Shown in pieces: positions 1 through 13,330 of a DNA stretch of 64,000 nt (positions are counted from its first letter, which is position 1; every line of letters starts with the position of its first letter). This DNA comes from Raillietiella orientalis (taxonomy: Eukaryota). Below the pieces are notes generated by a model. That model was not told where the DNA came from. It searched no databases and worked only from the letters and a program-made list of their open reading frames with translations. A program made the position numbers and the translations under genes. The stretch is taken from NCBI GenBank assembly GCA_036172245.1, contig JAYWIR010000040.1, positions 1,054,001-1,118,000 on the forward strand, read 5' to 3'.

Positions 1-547
1 AAGTTCCCAGCACGAATGGGGTCGCGGCATGGTTTCTTCAGGAAAGCGGGATCGGCCACTGCGGCGAATCCCACTCGATCGTGTCGTGGGAGTGTCGTTT
101 GGCGAGCGTGAAGGCGCGCTTCTCGAGAAAGCGGCTGCGGAAGGCGAAGGAGCCATTCGTGCCTCGCGAGGGGGAGTCGGAAGTCGAAGGGAACGCGCGG
201 ACGCCCCCCGTCGGGGACACTTTCATCGGAAGCGGCCGCACGCTCGCGAATCGCTGCCCATCAAAAATCCCGAAAGCTGTCGACACTCAAAGGAAGGCGC
301 GCTGATTCCACGCACATTCAGCTACAGATTGATTTCACCATGCGCAGATCTTCACCAGCTTGAGGGACGTGCATCTTGGTGACAGCCACGTTCTTTGCAC
401 AGACGGATTTCTGGGGAGTGGTGATACCAACGAGTTGTTGGCTGCTTTGTAGGTACACACGGGATTAGGGATCACAACAACTCCATGTACGTGCGTGTCA
501 CGTGCATTAATGTCTTGAAATAATCCAAGCATAGGTGGCTATGCTGA

Positions 548-1302
548 GGTCCAGCAGCCGGACGAAAGCCGCCTGCGCGCTCCGCCACGAAGCATCCGCC
601 TAGGAAGTCTCGGCATCGCCCATCCGATCGGATGCTGCATGTCGCTCGCGTGCGATGCCAAGTTGCCGCCTGATTGGCTGATGCGCGGGAGGCGCGCGGC
701 GCGTCGCGTTCGGGGTGCGCGCGAATATTCGCGTCACTCACGGGAGCCACGCGCGCGCAGATCGACGGGGAGCGGAGGCAGACTCGCAAGGATTCTCAGC
801 AAAACGCCACCAGGCTGGCGGAAAAATGGCGAACCGGGAGCATCGCTGGCTGATTCTTGCTTGTTTGCCTCTCCCGAGGACTGCAGGAACGAGAAAAGGA
901 GGAAAGGGAAAAGACAGCAGCTGAGCGGTGAGCCGTTCCGTGTGATGGATGAGCCGCAAGTCGATGGTCGCGACACCATCGAAGCGTCGGGAGGTTGCGA
1001 AGGCACGAGGACGGCTGTGAATCCATTAAGTGGGCGGCTGTCGACCACTTGCGGAGTTGCTGACCGATCGACCGCTTCTTCGGAAACGTCCTTGGTCCCG
1101 TGAGCACGGAAGCAATGCTGCTGCATCTGCCAGAGGGCAGCTCTACGAACGACCCGGTTTGCGTGGACGAGGAACGCCTCCGTCACGAAAGGAAGCGGGC
1201 GCACCCGTGCCGACCACATGAGCGCTTGCCGAACGAGGAGAGGGAGCGGAAGCTGGGGGCACGAGCCAGAAGCTGGCTGCAGGTGCAGGAGGGTGCGGGC
1301 GG
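548..1302 (+). repeat. ~755-bp GC-rich module with promoter-like motifs, present in three copies (here, ~23405-24159 minus, 40644-41398 plus)
   Basis: Near-identical direct copy at offset 40096. Contains tgattggctg (reverse CCAAT), ggcggaaaa (E2F-like), aaaatggcg (YY1/start-like) and a possible donor g|gtgagc near 928. Confidence 0.85.
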
Positions 1303-3248
1303 GTACTTGTAGTACCTTAGTGTTCCGTAGGGGTACTTCTGCCCGTCAGAAGCCTGGGCGGATCGTCTCCAGAAAGTGGAGTTGGCGATCGGCCCGTTCC
1401 TGGAGGGCAAGTCTCACTTCCGGAACGGGCCGCGGTATGGAACGCAAACTTTGCGGCCCCCATCCTTCGCCCCCTACTTTTTGTTTGCTCCGTTCCCGTG
1501 GAAATAAAGAAAAGGACGAAGGACCTCGTGCGCATCGCCGTTTGGGGAAACGGGAGGCCAGAGTCCCTTTGATGGACTTGTGTGCTCCACGTCGGGATGG
1601 CGCTCTAGAACTCTTGACGTTGGAGCGGATGGAAATTCAGCTGCGATGGCAAACGTTGGCCGTCGCTGCGAAGTTTTGGAGCACCCCTTGGTGCGTTCCG
1701 GCCCGTCTTCTCGTCAGCCGTGTATCCGGAACGGGAGGAATTGCATCTCATCCTATGTGCCGCGGCAAGAAGATGAGAAGATGCGGCCTTCTCCTCGGAC
1801 GCACGGCCGCGCTGGCGAAGGAGAACGGGTGGATGATCTGCAGCCGCGGCAACTCGAGCGCATGTGTGGAAGAAAGAGTTGGCACGTGGGCGGTAGTGAA
1901 TGAGAGCAGCCACGAGACGTGGAATCGTCTGCTACGCAGCCGCTACGCCCGAGATCCTGGAGTGTCCAGCCAGGAGGACGTGGGCAGAGACGACCTGACT
2001 AGCTACGGCGCAGCCCTTCCTACGGAGAGCCCTCGTTAGCAGCCGGATGCCGAGGTGGCAAGTCTCTTGCCGTATCGCAGGCAGAGAAAAGTTGATGAGC
2101 TGTTGGACCAGGGGAGAGCTGGCGGACGCCACGACCCCGAGCGTCCTACCGCGAGGACTGAAGAAATAAGGAGAGCTTCCCGGCATCTCGATGGATGACC
2201 ACCAGTGATAACCGGTAGAAGGGTCCTTCCCCTAAAGTGGCTGGAGTCGGCGCTTATGTTGTTGCACTGGGGTCTCCCCTGCAACGCGCGCCGCCACCAC
2301 TGGACACGGGTCGTTCTCACCCGGTCACGCCGTTCACGGTGTGTTTATTACTAAGCACTTTGGATTTGCGGTTCTAGGCCCCGCTACCGCCAATAGTGCA
2401 TGGGACCTGCCAGGAAGCCGGTTCGCAGACCGGCTTGACTCTCCATGGCAGCGGAGGGGATAGGGGGTAAAACAAATAGAAAAAAAAATGAAACATTCAA
2501 AAAAAGAAAGAAACTATTTGGAAGGCCGGCAACGGATCACAGCCCGCGTGAGGAAGAGACCATCCTTTCCAGGATGCCCTCGAGGTCCCTCGTCATAGCT
2601 CCCAGATGGGACCAGCCGATCGCGATTCGCAGGTAGCGGGCCGAGTGAATCCGAACTGTGCCAGGTGCGGGGAACGGGAATCCTCCCCGCAAACCTGCTT
2701 CTTGACAGTGTCGCCCTCCGGCCCCTTTTGGAACGTTTCGGGACGACCCTCGGGATCCCGGAGGGCAGCCCTCCTGGAGATGTTTTTCGGCTCCTCTTCG
2801 TGCGGGACGCCCCGTAGCGAGCCGCAGCCTTAGCAGCGCTCAGCTGAATCCGCGGTATTGTGGCGGCCTGGAGTGGATCCGACGAAGTAAAAGATGCAAA
2901 CGATACGGACGTCATCGAGTACGCGGTTCGCCTCCTGCGAATAGCAACCCGATGGTCCCACCTGGGAAACAGGCAGAAGCACCTCGTCGCATCCTGCAAA
3001 AGATGGAATCAAAGGGACCGTGATCCCTTCCCGACCCTTCGAAGAACTATTGTTTTTTCAATTTTATTGTTTATTTATTTTATGTTTCCTTTTGTTTTTT
3101 CCCCATCCCCCTCCGATGCCGTGGAGAGTCAAGTCGGTCTGCGTACCGACGACCCGGCAGGTCCCTTGTTGTCTTGGCCGCAGAAAGGCCTTGCACTGCA
3201 ATGGTTGTCAGTTTGCGATAAACGTCCCGGCTTGACCGGGTGGCAACG
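1303..3248 (+). mobile_element. 5'-truncated, decayed L1/Tx1-like non-LTR retrotransposon (C-terminal ORF2 plus 3' UTR)
   Basis: Broken frames give YLSVP..EAWADRLQKV, LMDLCAPRRDGALEL (post-RT LCxPxxxGGLGL-like motif) and LLHWGLPCNARRHHWTR..NPNCARCGERES (zf-RVT-like knuckle). Homologous to 35807-36960 and 43678-44579. Confidence 0.75.
2312..2628 (-). mobile_element. Short 3'-end fragment of the same LINE family nested in antisense within the zinc-knuckle region of the 1303-3248 copy
   Basis: The reverse complement matches the family 3' UTR (T-rich tract, ggagagtcaagccggtctgcg..., ...gaccgggtgagaacg) and splits the host between HHWTR and RVNPNCARC. Confidence 0.75.
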
Positions 3249-6200
3249 TAGCGAGAGTGCCCTCGGACCGTCAAGGGTCGTGGAGTCGATGCGAGCAGCC
3301 TCTTTCCTCAGGTCAAAGGGTTTTCGTGTCGGATCGTCGACAGGGGCGGCGCTTCATCCTGGAGGACGACCGCTCCTCCTGGAGCAGCAGTGCTTCCAGC
3401 AACAGTCTAAGAAGGCTCTTCTCTCGGTGGTCGCATGGAGCTGTTCAGGTCGACCGTCGCGGCTCGCACGCGCACTCGCCGTGCAGTACGCGCGATCTGC
3501 CCTTCGAGCTTCTTCGGTGCGTCGTGCTGTGCGGCGATGTCGCCGCCAGCGATCACATGCGGGGTCTCGCAGGATGCGGAGAATCTCCGGCATCGGCGGC
3601 TTCCGATCGACAACTTGGGATCATCTGCGGGGTCTCATCTCCATGCACGCAGCGGTCCGAGCGTTTCGCCCGCGAGCCCCGGTTACGAGCGAACATTCCG
3701 TCTGATCCAGGACTCGTCAGCGACGATCTCCCATCTCCTCCCGGCGAACGATTCGTTCGACCCGCTCCTCGGGACGAGCAGCGATTGGTTGCACGTGTTC
3801 GTGCGTGTCCTCGTAAGAAGAACACGATAGAGCGCGGATGAACGTCGTTCGACGTGCAAGTAGAGGACATCACCATGTCACGGACGAAATGCCAGGAAGG
3901 AGGAACGGTCAACTTCTCTCGTCCATTCGCAGCACGCGGGACCTCACCGGAAGAGAGTCTCGTCGCTTCGCAGCCGTCGCAGAATCGCCCGGCGAGAGAT
4001 GCGAGCGTGCCAGAAGGTGCCAGGGAAAGAGTGCCAACGTCTGCAAATTCTCTTGCAGCGCTTCCGCGGAAGGACGTCAGTCGGTGTTGAGGATCGGAAC
4101 ATGTGCAACGGTGTGTAGCCTTGTTGTCAAGGGAAGGAGAGTCTCCTTGCGGTGTCGCACCGCAGGTAGGCAGCGGTCGAGACTCCTTGCCTGCTGACCG
4201 TCGAGCGGGAACACATGCGGGAACCTTCTCCTCCGAGGCTGGAAGGGCAACTGAACTCTTCCATCCATCCGATGAAGCACTTCAGCAGGTGGAACGGCTG
4301 CGCGTGGTGCGAGAGCAGCTCACGCACCGCTTTCGGAAACCAACTTCCCGCGGTAGTGCCAGGACTCTCCCCTTGGATTTGTTCGTTCCTCTGCAGCCCC
4401 GCGGCGAACCGGCTGCACACCGAGGTTCACGCACTCTCCAAATTTCCGAAAGGTGAAGCGCACGGCAAAGTGTTAGCGATCCCATCTCACGCGGGGGTGC
4501 CTCTTTTCCGTTTCGGAAGCGACCACCCCTCGCATCCGAGCTCGGGAGAGATTCGAGCCGCTGCCGGCCCGATATGGCGGACGACATCGAGGACCGCATC
4601 CACGGGTTGGCCCTGGGGCATCGGGATGGAAGGAACATCGCCGGCCGGCAGGATTTCTTCCCGTTCCTGCTTGGATACGGACGTCGCGTGGATTCGCCTC
4701 CGGCTTCTGCAAGTCCGCAGCACTCCGCGGCAACCGCATTGCTTCGTGTTGTGCGCAATCTTCTCGCTCGGCGATCGCCCCCCTCATCTCAAAATCCTCG
4801 CCCATTGGGGCGCTACGCACGCCAGCAGAGTTCGACGTTGGCCGTTTGCACGAGGGGATCCGCTGCGGCAGCTGCGCGAGCGGACGTCGCGACAAAAGGT
4901 GATCGGCGTTCTTCAGCTGTGGACCTTCTTGCACGGTTCGAGCGCAGGTGGAATCCCGTTTCGACGCGATGCCGGGGGTGATCACGCAGCATCTCAGAGG
5001 GGGAAGGAGAAAGCGAGCCGAGGACCTGCGTGGAAGGAACAGTTCACCCGTTCGGCCGTAACCCCCCCAACATGGCAAAAAAGAACTTGCAGTGCCCGTC
5101 GAAGATGATGCGCTGGGCTGAAGCGCGTTTGAATCGCTGGACGGCGCTCCGATCGGAAGTGACCAGAGGTCTCCGTTCCTCGCATTCTGCTTTCGATCTG
5201 CACGCATCTCTTCCGGTTTTCCTGAAATGCTCATCTTCAGCATTTTCGGAAATGCGGCACATGGCGTGAAGACGAGGGAGGAGTCGTACCGAGTTGCCCC
5301 TTGCCGAAGAGCAGTTCCGGGAGGTTTTTTCGTGAAGACTTTCCGACGAGCGCAGCTGCCGCCCTCGGTGAGAGGGCTGCTGAGCCCAGCTTCCTCAGGA
5401 ATGTCGTGTCCCGAATTCGAATTGCTCCGAAGGTAGGCCAAGGCCGGGATCGCTGCAAAACCCCGAACGTCCAAATCTCCGAATCGAAACTCCCGCATCC
5501 CTGAGTCCCGAAAGATTAAAAAAAAAAAAAAGAAATCGAAACCCTCGTTACCTCTGTTGGTGCGTCTGAATTGGTAAGGTCGATGCACATTGGAAAGATG
5601 CAAAATACACGTGTTCCACCTTACTCTATACATGAATATGCATGTGTGCACTTTTGCACGGGCAGAGGAATGCGCAAAGTTGCTTGCAACGTCGATCCTC
5701 ACCAACGTTTACCAACATACGTAGGATTGCTTCCAAAGGAAAGTGTACTAAAGTGCCCACTAAGAACGTATGTGCTGCAAAGAAAGTAAACATACATGCT
5801 TATTAGGTACACAAACGCGCATCGACAGATACATTTGAATTTACACTCATTGAATATGTGACTATTTATGCACTTGGTATGCTCCAGTTATCATCGACAC
5901 CATTTCTTTTGAAGTTAATAATTCGGTGCTTGCATTTTCGTCTCCAATGTATTTATCACGTGGGCAAATATGCGAAAGAGATGCAGCAAACACGTGCGTC
6001 GGCCAACTTTCGAGATTTCGACTTTCCGGTTTGCTATCCGCGCCGCCAAGCCTTCTCTTCCTCGGCATGAAGCTGCGAAGGACCGTGTCGTACAGGCTTT
6101 CGCGCGGCTAAGAAGGAAATTCCGCGGGGAGTCTCCGCCTTGCGAGGGCACTTCCGATCCTCTAAACACCAAGAACTTTCTCGAAAGCACGGAACATTTG

Positions 6201-9200
6201 CGCCGCAATATTTCATGCTCCCCCTGCTGTCTCCTCGCCTGCACGCCCTCGAAAGACTGCGGTGAAACAGCTGAGGGCAGATCGATCGCATCCCATCATG
6301 TCGCTCATTTGTCAGGAAGCGACAGGGTCCCTTGCATCGCACCAAACCGGCATCCACTTGGCAGGTGGACTCGGGTGTTCCCACGAAAGGGGGCAACTTT
6401 CTTTTCTGGAGAAATCACTCAGCGAGCGCCGCTCGAACGACGGCGCTCTTCGCCGTCGCAGTCGCAAACTTTCGATCGCCCGTCATCTGCTCGCACCTTG
6501 CAAGAAAAAGCACCGTGGGCGCACACGCGTCGACGGCAGCCCGCGCACGCACGCCCGCGTCCCGGTTCACCTCCAGGAATTTCAAGTTTGGAACTGGCAA
6601 CCGGACGGAAAGAGCGCTCTTCGCGGAATGTCCCTGGACGAGAGCCGCCCATGTCACACGCACTCTTGTGTGCCGAATGCCAACGCCATTCCCTTCCCAC
6701 GCTCGCATTGTACGATCCGCACTGCAATGGCGCCAACAGGTCTCCATGTGCGCTCAGCGACTTGGCTATCTCGCTACCCTCCTCTGGCCTTGCTTTCATC
6801 AACCCGTGCTCAGCTAGTGCGACGTCCGTGGAAGACCTCAGTCCTCCTCCCCATCAGTGCATCGGAGGGATGCATTTGAGCTTCCTTCCCGCTCGACCAG
6901 CGTCGCACTTGCAATGCTCAACATTCCCATTCTTCGATTGTGTGTCTCACGCCTTGCGAGAACATTCGCCAAACGAATTTTTGTATGGGCTGCAAGAAGG
7001 AAGCAGGGCGTTCCTCGGGGCACCTTTCAGCTGTCGCAGCTTTCAACCCAGCCAGTATACTCGAATTGATGTCCTCGAGCCCAAATGTACTTGGACGACG
7101 ACGGATGAGGTTCGCCTGCCGCAGGGAGAAAGTTGATGTTTGGCACGCACGCAATGATGCAAACACGCAAAATCTCTTTCGAAGGATGCCCAAAGAAAGT
7201 CACGTTCCTTCTTCAGCAAGCAGCCCACCGAGACGATTTCCTATCCCAAGGTATTCCTTGGCCGCTTTCTTCGGCTATCTTCCATGGACTTCGGGTGCCC
7301 CACGGGAAAATGCATCCGCTCCTCTCAAAGTTTCGTTTTTCCAAAGCAAATGAGCACCCGCTGAGCACGAAACCAGAAGTGGAGCCCGCATGCTGCCATC
7401 GTTTGAGGACGTAGGTCAGCAGCAGTTCGCGACTCGCAACATGCAACGGGCGTTCCATCGACGAAACGCAAAGAGCAGCGTTGAACGCTCGAATTTGCTT
7501 CCGATGATGACGATGACAAGTTCGTCACATGCAAAGGCACTGGGCGAACGCGAGCCAATTGGGATTGCACAACCGCAACAGCTCCCGAAATGCGTTGCGC
7601 GCGGCGTTTCGAAAGCAAGGGATGTTTGGGAGGCGGCCACACGAAGTTGGCGGCCGGCAAGCTGGTTGGAGTTGCTCCCTTCAGGAAATCCGTGCAGTGT
7701 GCTACTCTTCCTGGTTCCTGCTTCCGGATAGGCGATCGCGCGAGCGAAATCCCGGTACGGTGATCCAGGAGGAAGCGCTTCAAATTTCGTCATGCGATCG
7801 GGTGGAGATGACGCGTTCGCCACCGTTTGCGATTCAGCATGACGAAGAGTGCCCACAGCGAAGGAAAGCGAGGCAGCAGTTGGGTCGCGCAATGCTGCAC
7901 GTGGGCGACAAGTTTGCCAAATGCATCTCCTTCCCGCAACACTAGGAAGAAGACGGAACGCCAACGCCAATCCGCTGAGCAGGAGTTGCATTTCCGGGAT
8001 GCACAGCTGTCATTCCAGATTTTCGTGTTTACACTCTACACCGCCAGTCTTTTTGCTTTCCAGGATTCCGCCAAACAAATGAGAGCAGCGGCAGGAAAAC
8101 ACATTACTGGCTCTCTGTCCAAGATACCATGCCGAACTCGGCCACTTAACCACAAGATACGGCCCTCTATCCATCAACGTGTAGTAGAAATGACCAACTC
8201 GCTGTTCGTGACAAGTGACCTCTCGCTGGCCAGCAAGGAGGCCCAAAGTTTCCGGTCGTTGTTGGAATTGGGAACGTTGAGGGAGGAAACCACAATCAGG
8301 ATGAAATCTCCAGGATGGTGCAGCAGGCGACGACGATTTGGGCGACTGCCATACCGTCCGTGCAATTGCAGCGAAATCCACTCGACCAAGCGCGCAAGCG
8401 ATTCCAGCCAGCACCTCGCCTATGGATCGGATTGGAGGGCTCAGCCATTGCCCACTGGCCACCGCACAACCGTCTCCAGGGTGCTCCGCTCGTTCAGCAG
8501 GGAAGTGTGTCCAACCGTCGGGCGACACCGCCTTCACTTCAAGCACCCGCACCCGCTGGCCAGTCTGAGCACGCAGCGGACGGGAGCGTCAGCGCCGTGG
8601 ACTGGGCCTGGCCGAAAAACGATCCACCTGCAGGCATCCTGCGATTATCCACGCTCCTCCCGTTTGAACTGACGCGTGTGTGGGAGGACAGCAGTTTTCT
8701 GCAGAGGCTTCCCTAAGGCCGATGCGGAATCGCGTCCCTGCAGCGGAAATACGGTTCGCTTGCACCACTGGGACTCGTGGTCAGCAGTTGAGTCCGCCGA
8801 CGAGAATTGGCGGGCACTACTCTTGTCGTAGTTGCGATTCTTTGACCTGACCCAAAACGTCGTGAAGCCATTCTGTGAACACGCGGTCACTTTTCAGATT
8901 TCCCGAGAGGAATCAACGCGTCGCTTGAAATCCGTATTTTTCTCTTCTCTTTCTCCAGGCGGATCTTGCAGAGCCTGGTGCTGACCGTAGGAATGGATGC
9001 TTCGTCGCACATGGGGTCAAGCAGTTCTGGCACCATGACGCCTGCTTCGCTCTCGGCCACCGGAAGACCAAACGATTGGAAGGGCGGAAACTGCGGCTTC
9101 CCGTCTTTGGTTTGAGGAACGGCCCAATCCGTCATGCAGTTCCTGCTTTTCCTTCTTGCTGTTTCCGGCGTGCGTGGGAATGGATTCCGGGAGGCACTGC

Positions 9201-12200
9201 GGACAACGCTCCACGTCCGAAACACGTTGACCTGGAGAAACTCTTGGAGAATGGAATTTGGCTCAAGGAATCCGATGCACGACCGATGGACACGGGCAGT
9301 GCGTGAACACGTTTCCGAAGCTGCAAAGCCGGCGGAAGAGTTTTCTTTCACTCAGCGGTTTCAGAGGACAGCTGAAGGAATGGGCTGCCCCGATCAGCCA
9401 CTTTGGCTGACAGCACAAAGGGGAGAGCGACCGAAGAGCGATCATTGGAGCAAGGCCCGGAGAGGCTGGAGCCACAGCAGCACCAGCAACGATGCCAGCT
9501 TGGCAGCCCGAAAAGTCCGAAAGAATTCTCCGTGCCGGCAGTGCAGCCGAGGGCATTGCTGCTGTTTGTTGCATTCTCCGTGCAGCCATGTTGCATGGAG
9601 CCGTTTCCTGTTCCAGACCAGGAGACTTGCCATGCTCCCCCCAAGCTTCCAATGAGTTGATCCCTTTTACGATGCATTTCGCTCTTAAAGTGGTGTTCGA
9701 GGTGACACCTCTGCATGGATGCAAGTTGCGACACGTGCGATGGATTCGTGCAGGAGGGCACCGTTTCTCGCGGGATCATTCGTTTCGGCACGTTTTCTCC
9801 CCCCTCCCCATTCCCTGCACCATTCAGCCGAGCAAACACAAGACGGTGGATTTTCGCCGCACTTGCGTTTTCCATGCGCCTCCACAAGCCGGAGGCGGTC
9901 GCACGCACTCGTGCAGGAGCAACTGGACGATGGCTGCGTTACGATTCGCCGAGTGGTCCTTCCTAGGAAAATGCTGCTCTCTTCGTCTTTCCTTCATGCT
10001 TTCTGCACGCTGGAAAATTTCGGACACCAGGAGAGCTGGAGAGCGCTGGGTGAAGAACGGATAGCGGACTGCAATCGCCACTGCAGGCAGAAGAGAGAAA
10101 GGCATCAACGTAGTCGCTATGCATCGTCTGCTGACCTCAGAAATAGGCGGAAGACCGAATGCCACGCGGATAGGAAAATCTTGAATGGCATTCAGGCGGA
10201 TAAAGGTTCTTGCCTGAATCCATCGCTGGCACATCAAGGAAACTCGAAGGAGGTCTCCTCTTCTACCAGCGTTCATGAAGTGGCATCGAAGGAGTTCTTC
10301 CGAGAAATGGACGCTCGTGTTCCAGGTGATGCAGGAGGCATCCAGAGTGAAGATTTCTGTGGCAACTTCCGAAACGTCCTGCTCAGTCCAAACTGGGCTG
10401 AACGGTGAGCGTCAGGTGCATCCATGGCCTCCTTGCGTGACAGGAAGTCGCTCTCTGTCGATCGAGTGTTGTGACTTTTTCACGCTGTCATTGGTTGCCA
10501 TGATGAAACGTCAACATGTCGCTGTCACCGGAACGGATCCACACATGCAATGAAGCCTTGGATCCCAGGAACGCTGACTGTCGTTGATCCCTCACACTCT
10601 GCAGCCTGTTGAAGACATCCTCTCGCGTGACGCAAGGATGGCGATTCCTTTTCCTACCGGCTGATGTGGCTCGAGCACAAATTCGCTCGTTGGTTGGCGT
10701 TGTCGCTCGTTTCGAACGAATTAGAGCTTCAAATTCGAGGCGTCGTTTCCTTTCAGGATGAGAGCGTTCGCATCCGTTGTGGACGTCACTCGTTGTTCGT
10801 TTCGTCGCCAAGTTGCGGGCTTATCGGCCGAGGGTTGTCTTCTCCCCCGGAGGGTTGGCGAAAGATTGCGCGCCCTCAGCATCGCAATGCATTTCTCTTC
10901 TTTTGCGTGCGACGTGCCGGGGCGCACCACTACTGCACGTTTCTTCGACGCGCTGCGAAATGCACAGCAGTCACGCGGCGCCGCCATGCCTTCTGATGGT
11001 TGGGAGGCCACCCGACAACCAACATGTTCGCCGCCAGTCTGTGCATCGTCCAGAAATCACAAACAGTGGGTTCCGTTTGCTGGATTTCCAGGAACTTCAC
11101 CCAGTCATCGGCTTCCGGCATCCCGCTGCGTACGTCCGGAAATGCAGGCGCGACGACTGAACGCCTGATGCAAGGATGCTCTGCAAACGGGTGTTTCCCG
11201 CTGCTGGACGCGGCTTGGCGAAAGCTGCGCTCTCGAGCAGCCTGATTGCCATGACGACGTCGCAATCCTCTCGTCCCGACTCCTACCTCACGTCCAGTCT
11301 GCAGCGATGGCGGTTCGGCCGCTCGCGCGGTCGCCCGCCGTTGTCTTTCATGTGCTTCCGCCGCCAGCGAGAAAAGATGTATGCACGGCAGACTTGAGAC
11401 TCCGGTATTGTCCTGGACGTGCCAGCCAACCTGCCGTAGGACAGGGAGCCGCCACGACACGGGTTCAGCCTGCGATCCAGCACGATTCTCGCTTCGTGCG
11501 CAAGTGGCACACCCTCCGACGAGGCCGCTCGCCAGCACCGGCAGGGTCGTCCTCCCGACGGAAGGAAAAGCGCGCGGGGACCGTTCGGTCGCGTGCTGCG
11601 CCTCCTCGTACCAAGCGAGCCGCGAGAGGAGGCGACACGCGCGAAGACCCCCGCGGTCCGGAGCGAAGAGGGGTGTACAGGCGATCCCCCACCCCAGCCA
11701 GCCTCTGAGGCGTGGCCGCCGTCCGAACGGCACCCGGCCACCGGCACGCAACGGGGTGCTCCGGAACGACGGCGTTTCCATGCTCCTCCTCCATTGCGGG
11801 AACGTGCCACCTGGTGGGTGGAAAGGGTTGTGAGCCCAAGCATGCTGCTCAGGATGCGGGCGGGACCAGGGGATTTCCGGAGATCCTCTTTTCCTCCTTC
11901 TCTGCTCCTCCTCCTCCGCATGAGTAGCAGCACAACTCCTTTCTTTCCCTATTTTTGTTCTGGTCTCTTCCACTCCTTCCCTTCCAGGACGCTATCCCCA
12001 CGGGCACGCCAACCGCCTCCTGGGCTGCTCCTCCAGGAATTCTACCGACTGTCGCTGGACCGCTCTCACGGGGCAGCATTCCTTCGCTCGGAGCTTTTTT
12101 CTAGAACGCTTGAGCCAAGGTCTCCAGGAGAAGGTCGGTTCTGGCGGGACTCCAATGCGTGAGAATCCCCCGGAATTCCGTCAGGGATTTGAAAACTGGG

Positions 12201-12849
12201 TTCGAAGGCAGAGAATGGAGATCCGCCACTATCTATAAGCTGTCCGGGGTCCTGGGTGGATGTGCCATACGGGTCGCCGTTCCTTCCCTTTCTCGCGAAC
12301 AGATGGCGCTGCGTGCAGGAAGGACGATCAATCGAGAATGGCGACGACGGTGCGAGGAGCATCTTTCGAGATGGTAGAATGGCACTCCGCTCCTCCTCCT
12401 GAAGCATCATCGCCGCCGGCCGCTAGGTCTCGCTTAAAACGGACACCCCACGGGTGCGTGGACACGAGGGAAGCCGCTCGACCATTCGCGGGACTGGGCC
12501 ATCGTTTCCGAGCCAGACTCAAACAGAGAAGAAGAAAGAGGATGCAGCTTCACCCAGGTGGCACGCAAGGCAGCGTGCGCCGCTGCGTGCGGAACCCGGA
12601 AGCGCGTGCTGTTTCGTGCGTGGGGGAGCAGCTTCTGTAGGAGCACTGCGCGTGATTGGCACGCGCGCAGTGGTTTCGCGGTGCTGCTCCACCGAGGCAG
12701 CCGATCGGCCCTGTTGCTACGCGTTCTGCTACCACAGAGACAGCGTGCGCTCGCGTGGAAACCCAGGCAACGAATACGCGCGCGATGGTACAGATGGTAC
12801 TCTACCTTGCACGCATCCACGTCCTCTCCAAGCACCCTTGTTTCCTGTG

Positions 12850-13330
12850 AGGATCACCCACCCACATTGCAGGAACTCTCCTTGGACGCAGGGTACTGGA
12901 AGCGGAAGGGTGTTGCAGGGCAGCCTCGAACGAGGTCACGCTTGAGAACTCAGATTGACCTCTGGATTGCACGAGCAGTGACGACGATGGGTACTGCCCA
13001 CACAACCGGGAGGTTGCGTCGGTGTCCATAACCTCTTTCTCCTGACCCCAGTTTAGCGGATCTCGCCTTGGGCTGGCAACAACCCGGCTGCAGCAGCTCT
13101 TTGGTCTCCGCACGCATCCCTCCGTGACCGTTTCCGGAGAAGGATACGTGACCGCAGGTCGACAGACAGGTGGAACGAACCGTGTACGCGTTCCTGACTA
13201 CCCGTTGAAGATTCGTCGCCGCCGTCAGGCTTGGGGTTTTCCCGTGAAATGGGAAAGCGAAGAATGTGTGGTCCATGGAGGAGTTTCTCGCGTGGCATTG
13301 AAGCAAGTGTCCACACAAGAAGGACACAAG
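12850..13330 (+). mobile_element. Possible highly decayed LINE APE-endonuclease fragment
   Basis: LSLDAGYWKRK...RTQIDLWIA resembles the L-D-WR...SRIDY motif, and WESEECVVHGG resembles the WE.K..IRG linker. Frameshifted; motif resemblance only. Confidence 0.3.

Larger units (their letters stand above)
1..9291 (+). repeat. Left arm of a giant inverted duplication (continues beyond the window start)
   Basis: Reverse complement of 15409-24706. Base 1 (aagttcccagcacgaatggg) pairs with 24706, and ...gaccgatggac at 9291 pairs with 15409. The ORF track is mirrored, e.g. 5970..7136 vs 17564..18730 differ by one residue. Confidence 0.97.

Noticed and set aside
4473..7136. Long ORFs of 410 aa (4473-5705, minus) and 388 aa (5970-7136, plus) and their mirrors
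   Set aside because: Arg/Ser/Pro-rich with no recognisable motifs. The 410-aa ORF crosses a homopolymer that is frameshifted in the other arm, and identity between arms is not evidence of coding.
8050..10410. Exon-like segments with acceptor/donor-like sites around the left arm end
   Set aside because: No phase-consistent multi-exon model or family motif could be built.
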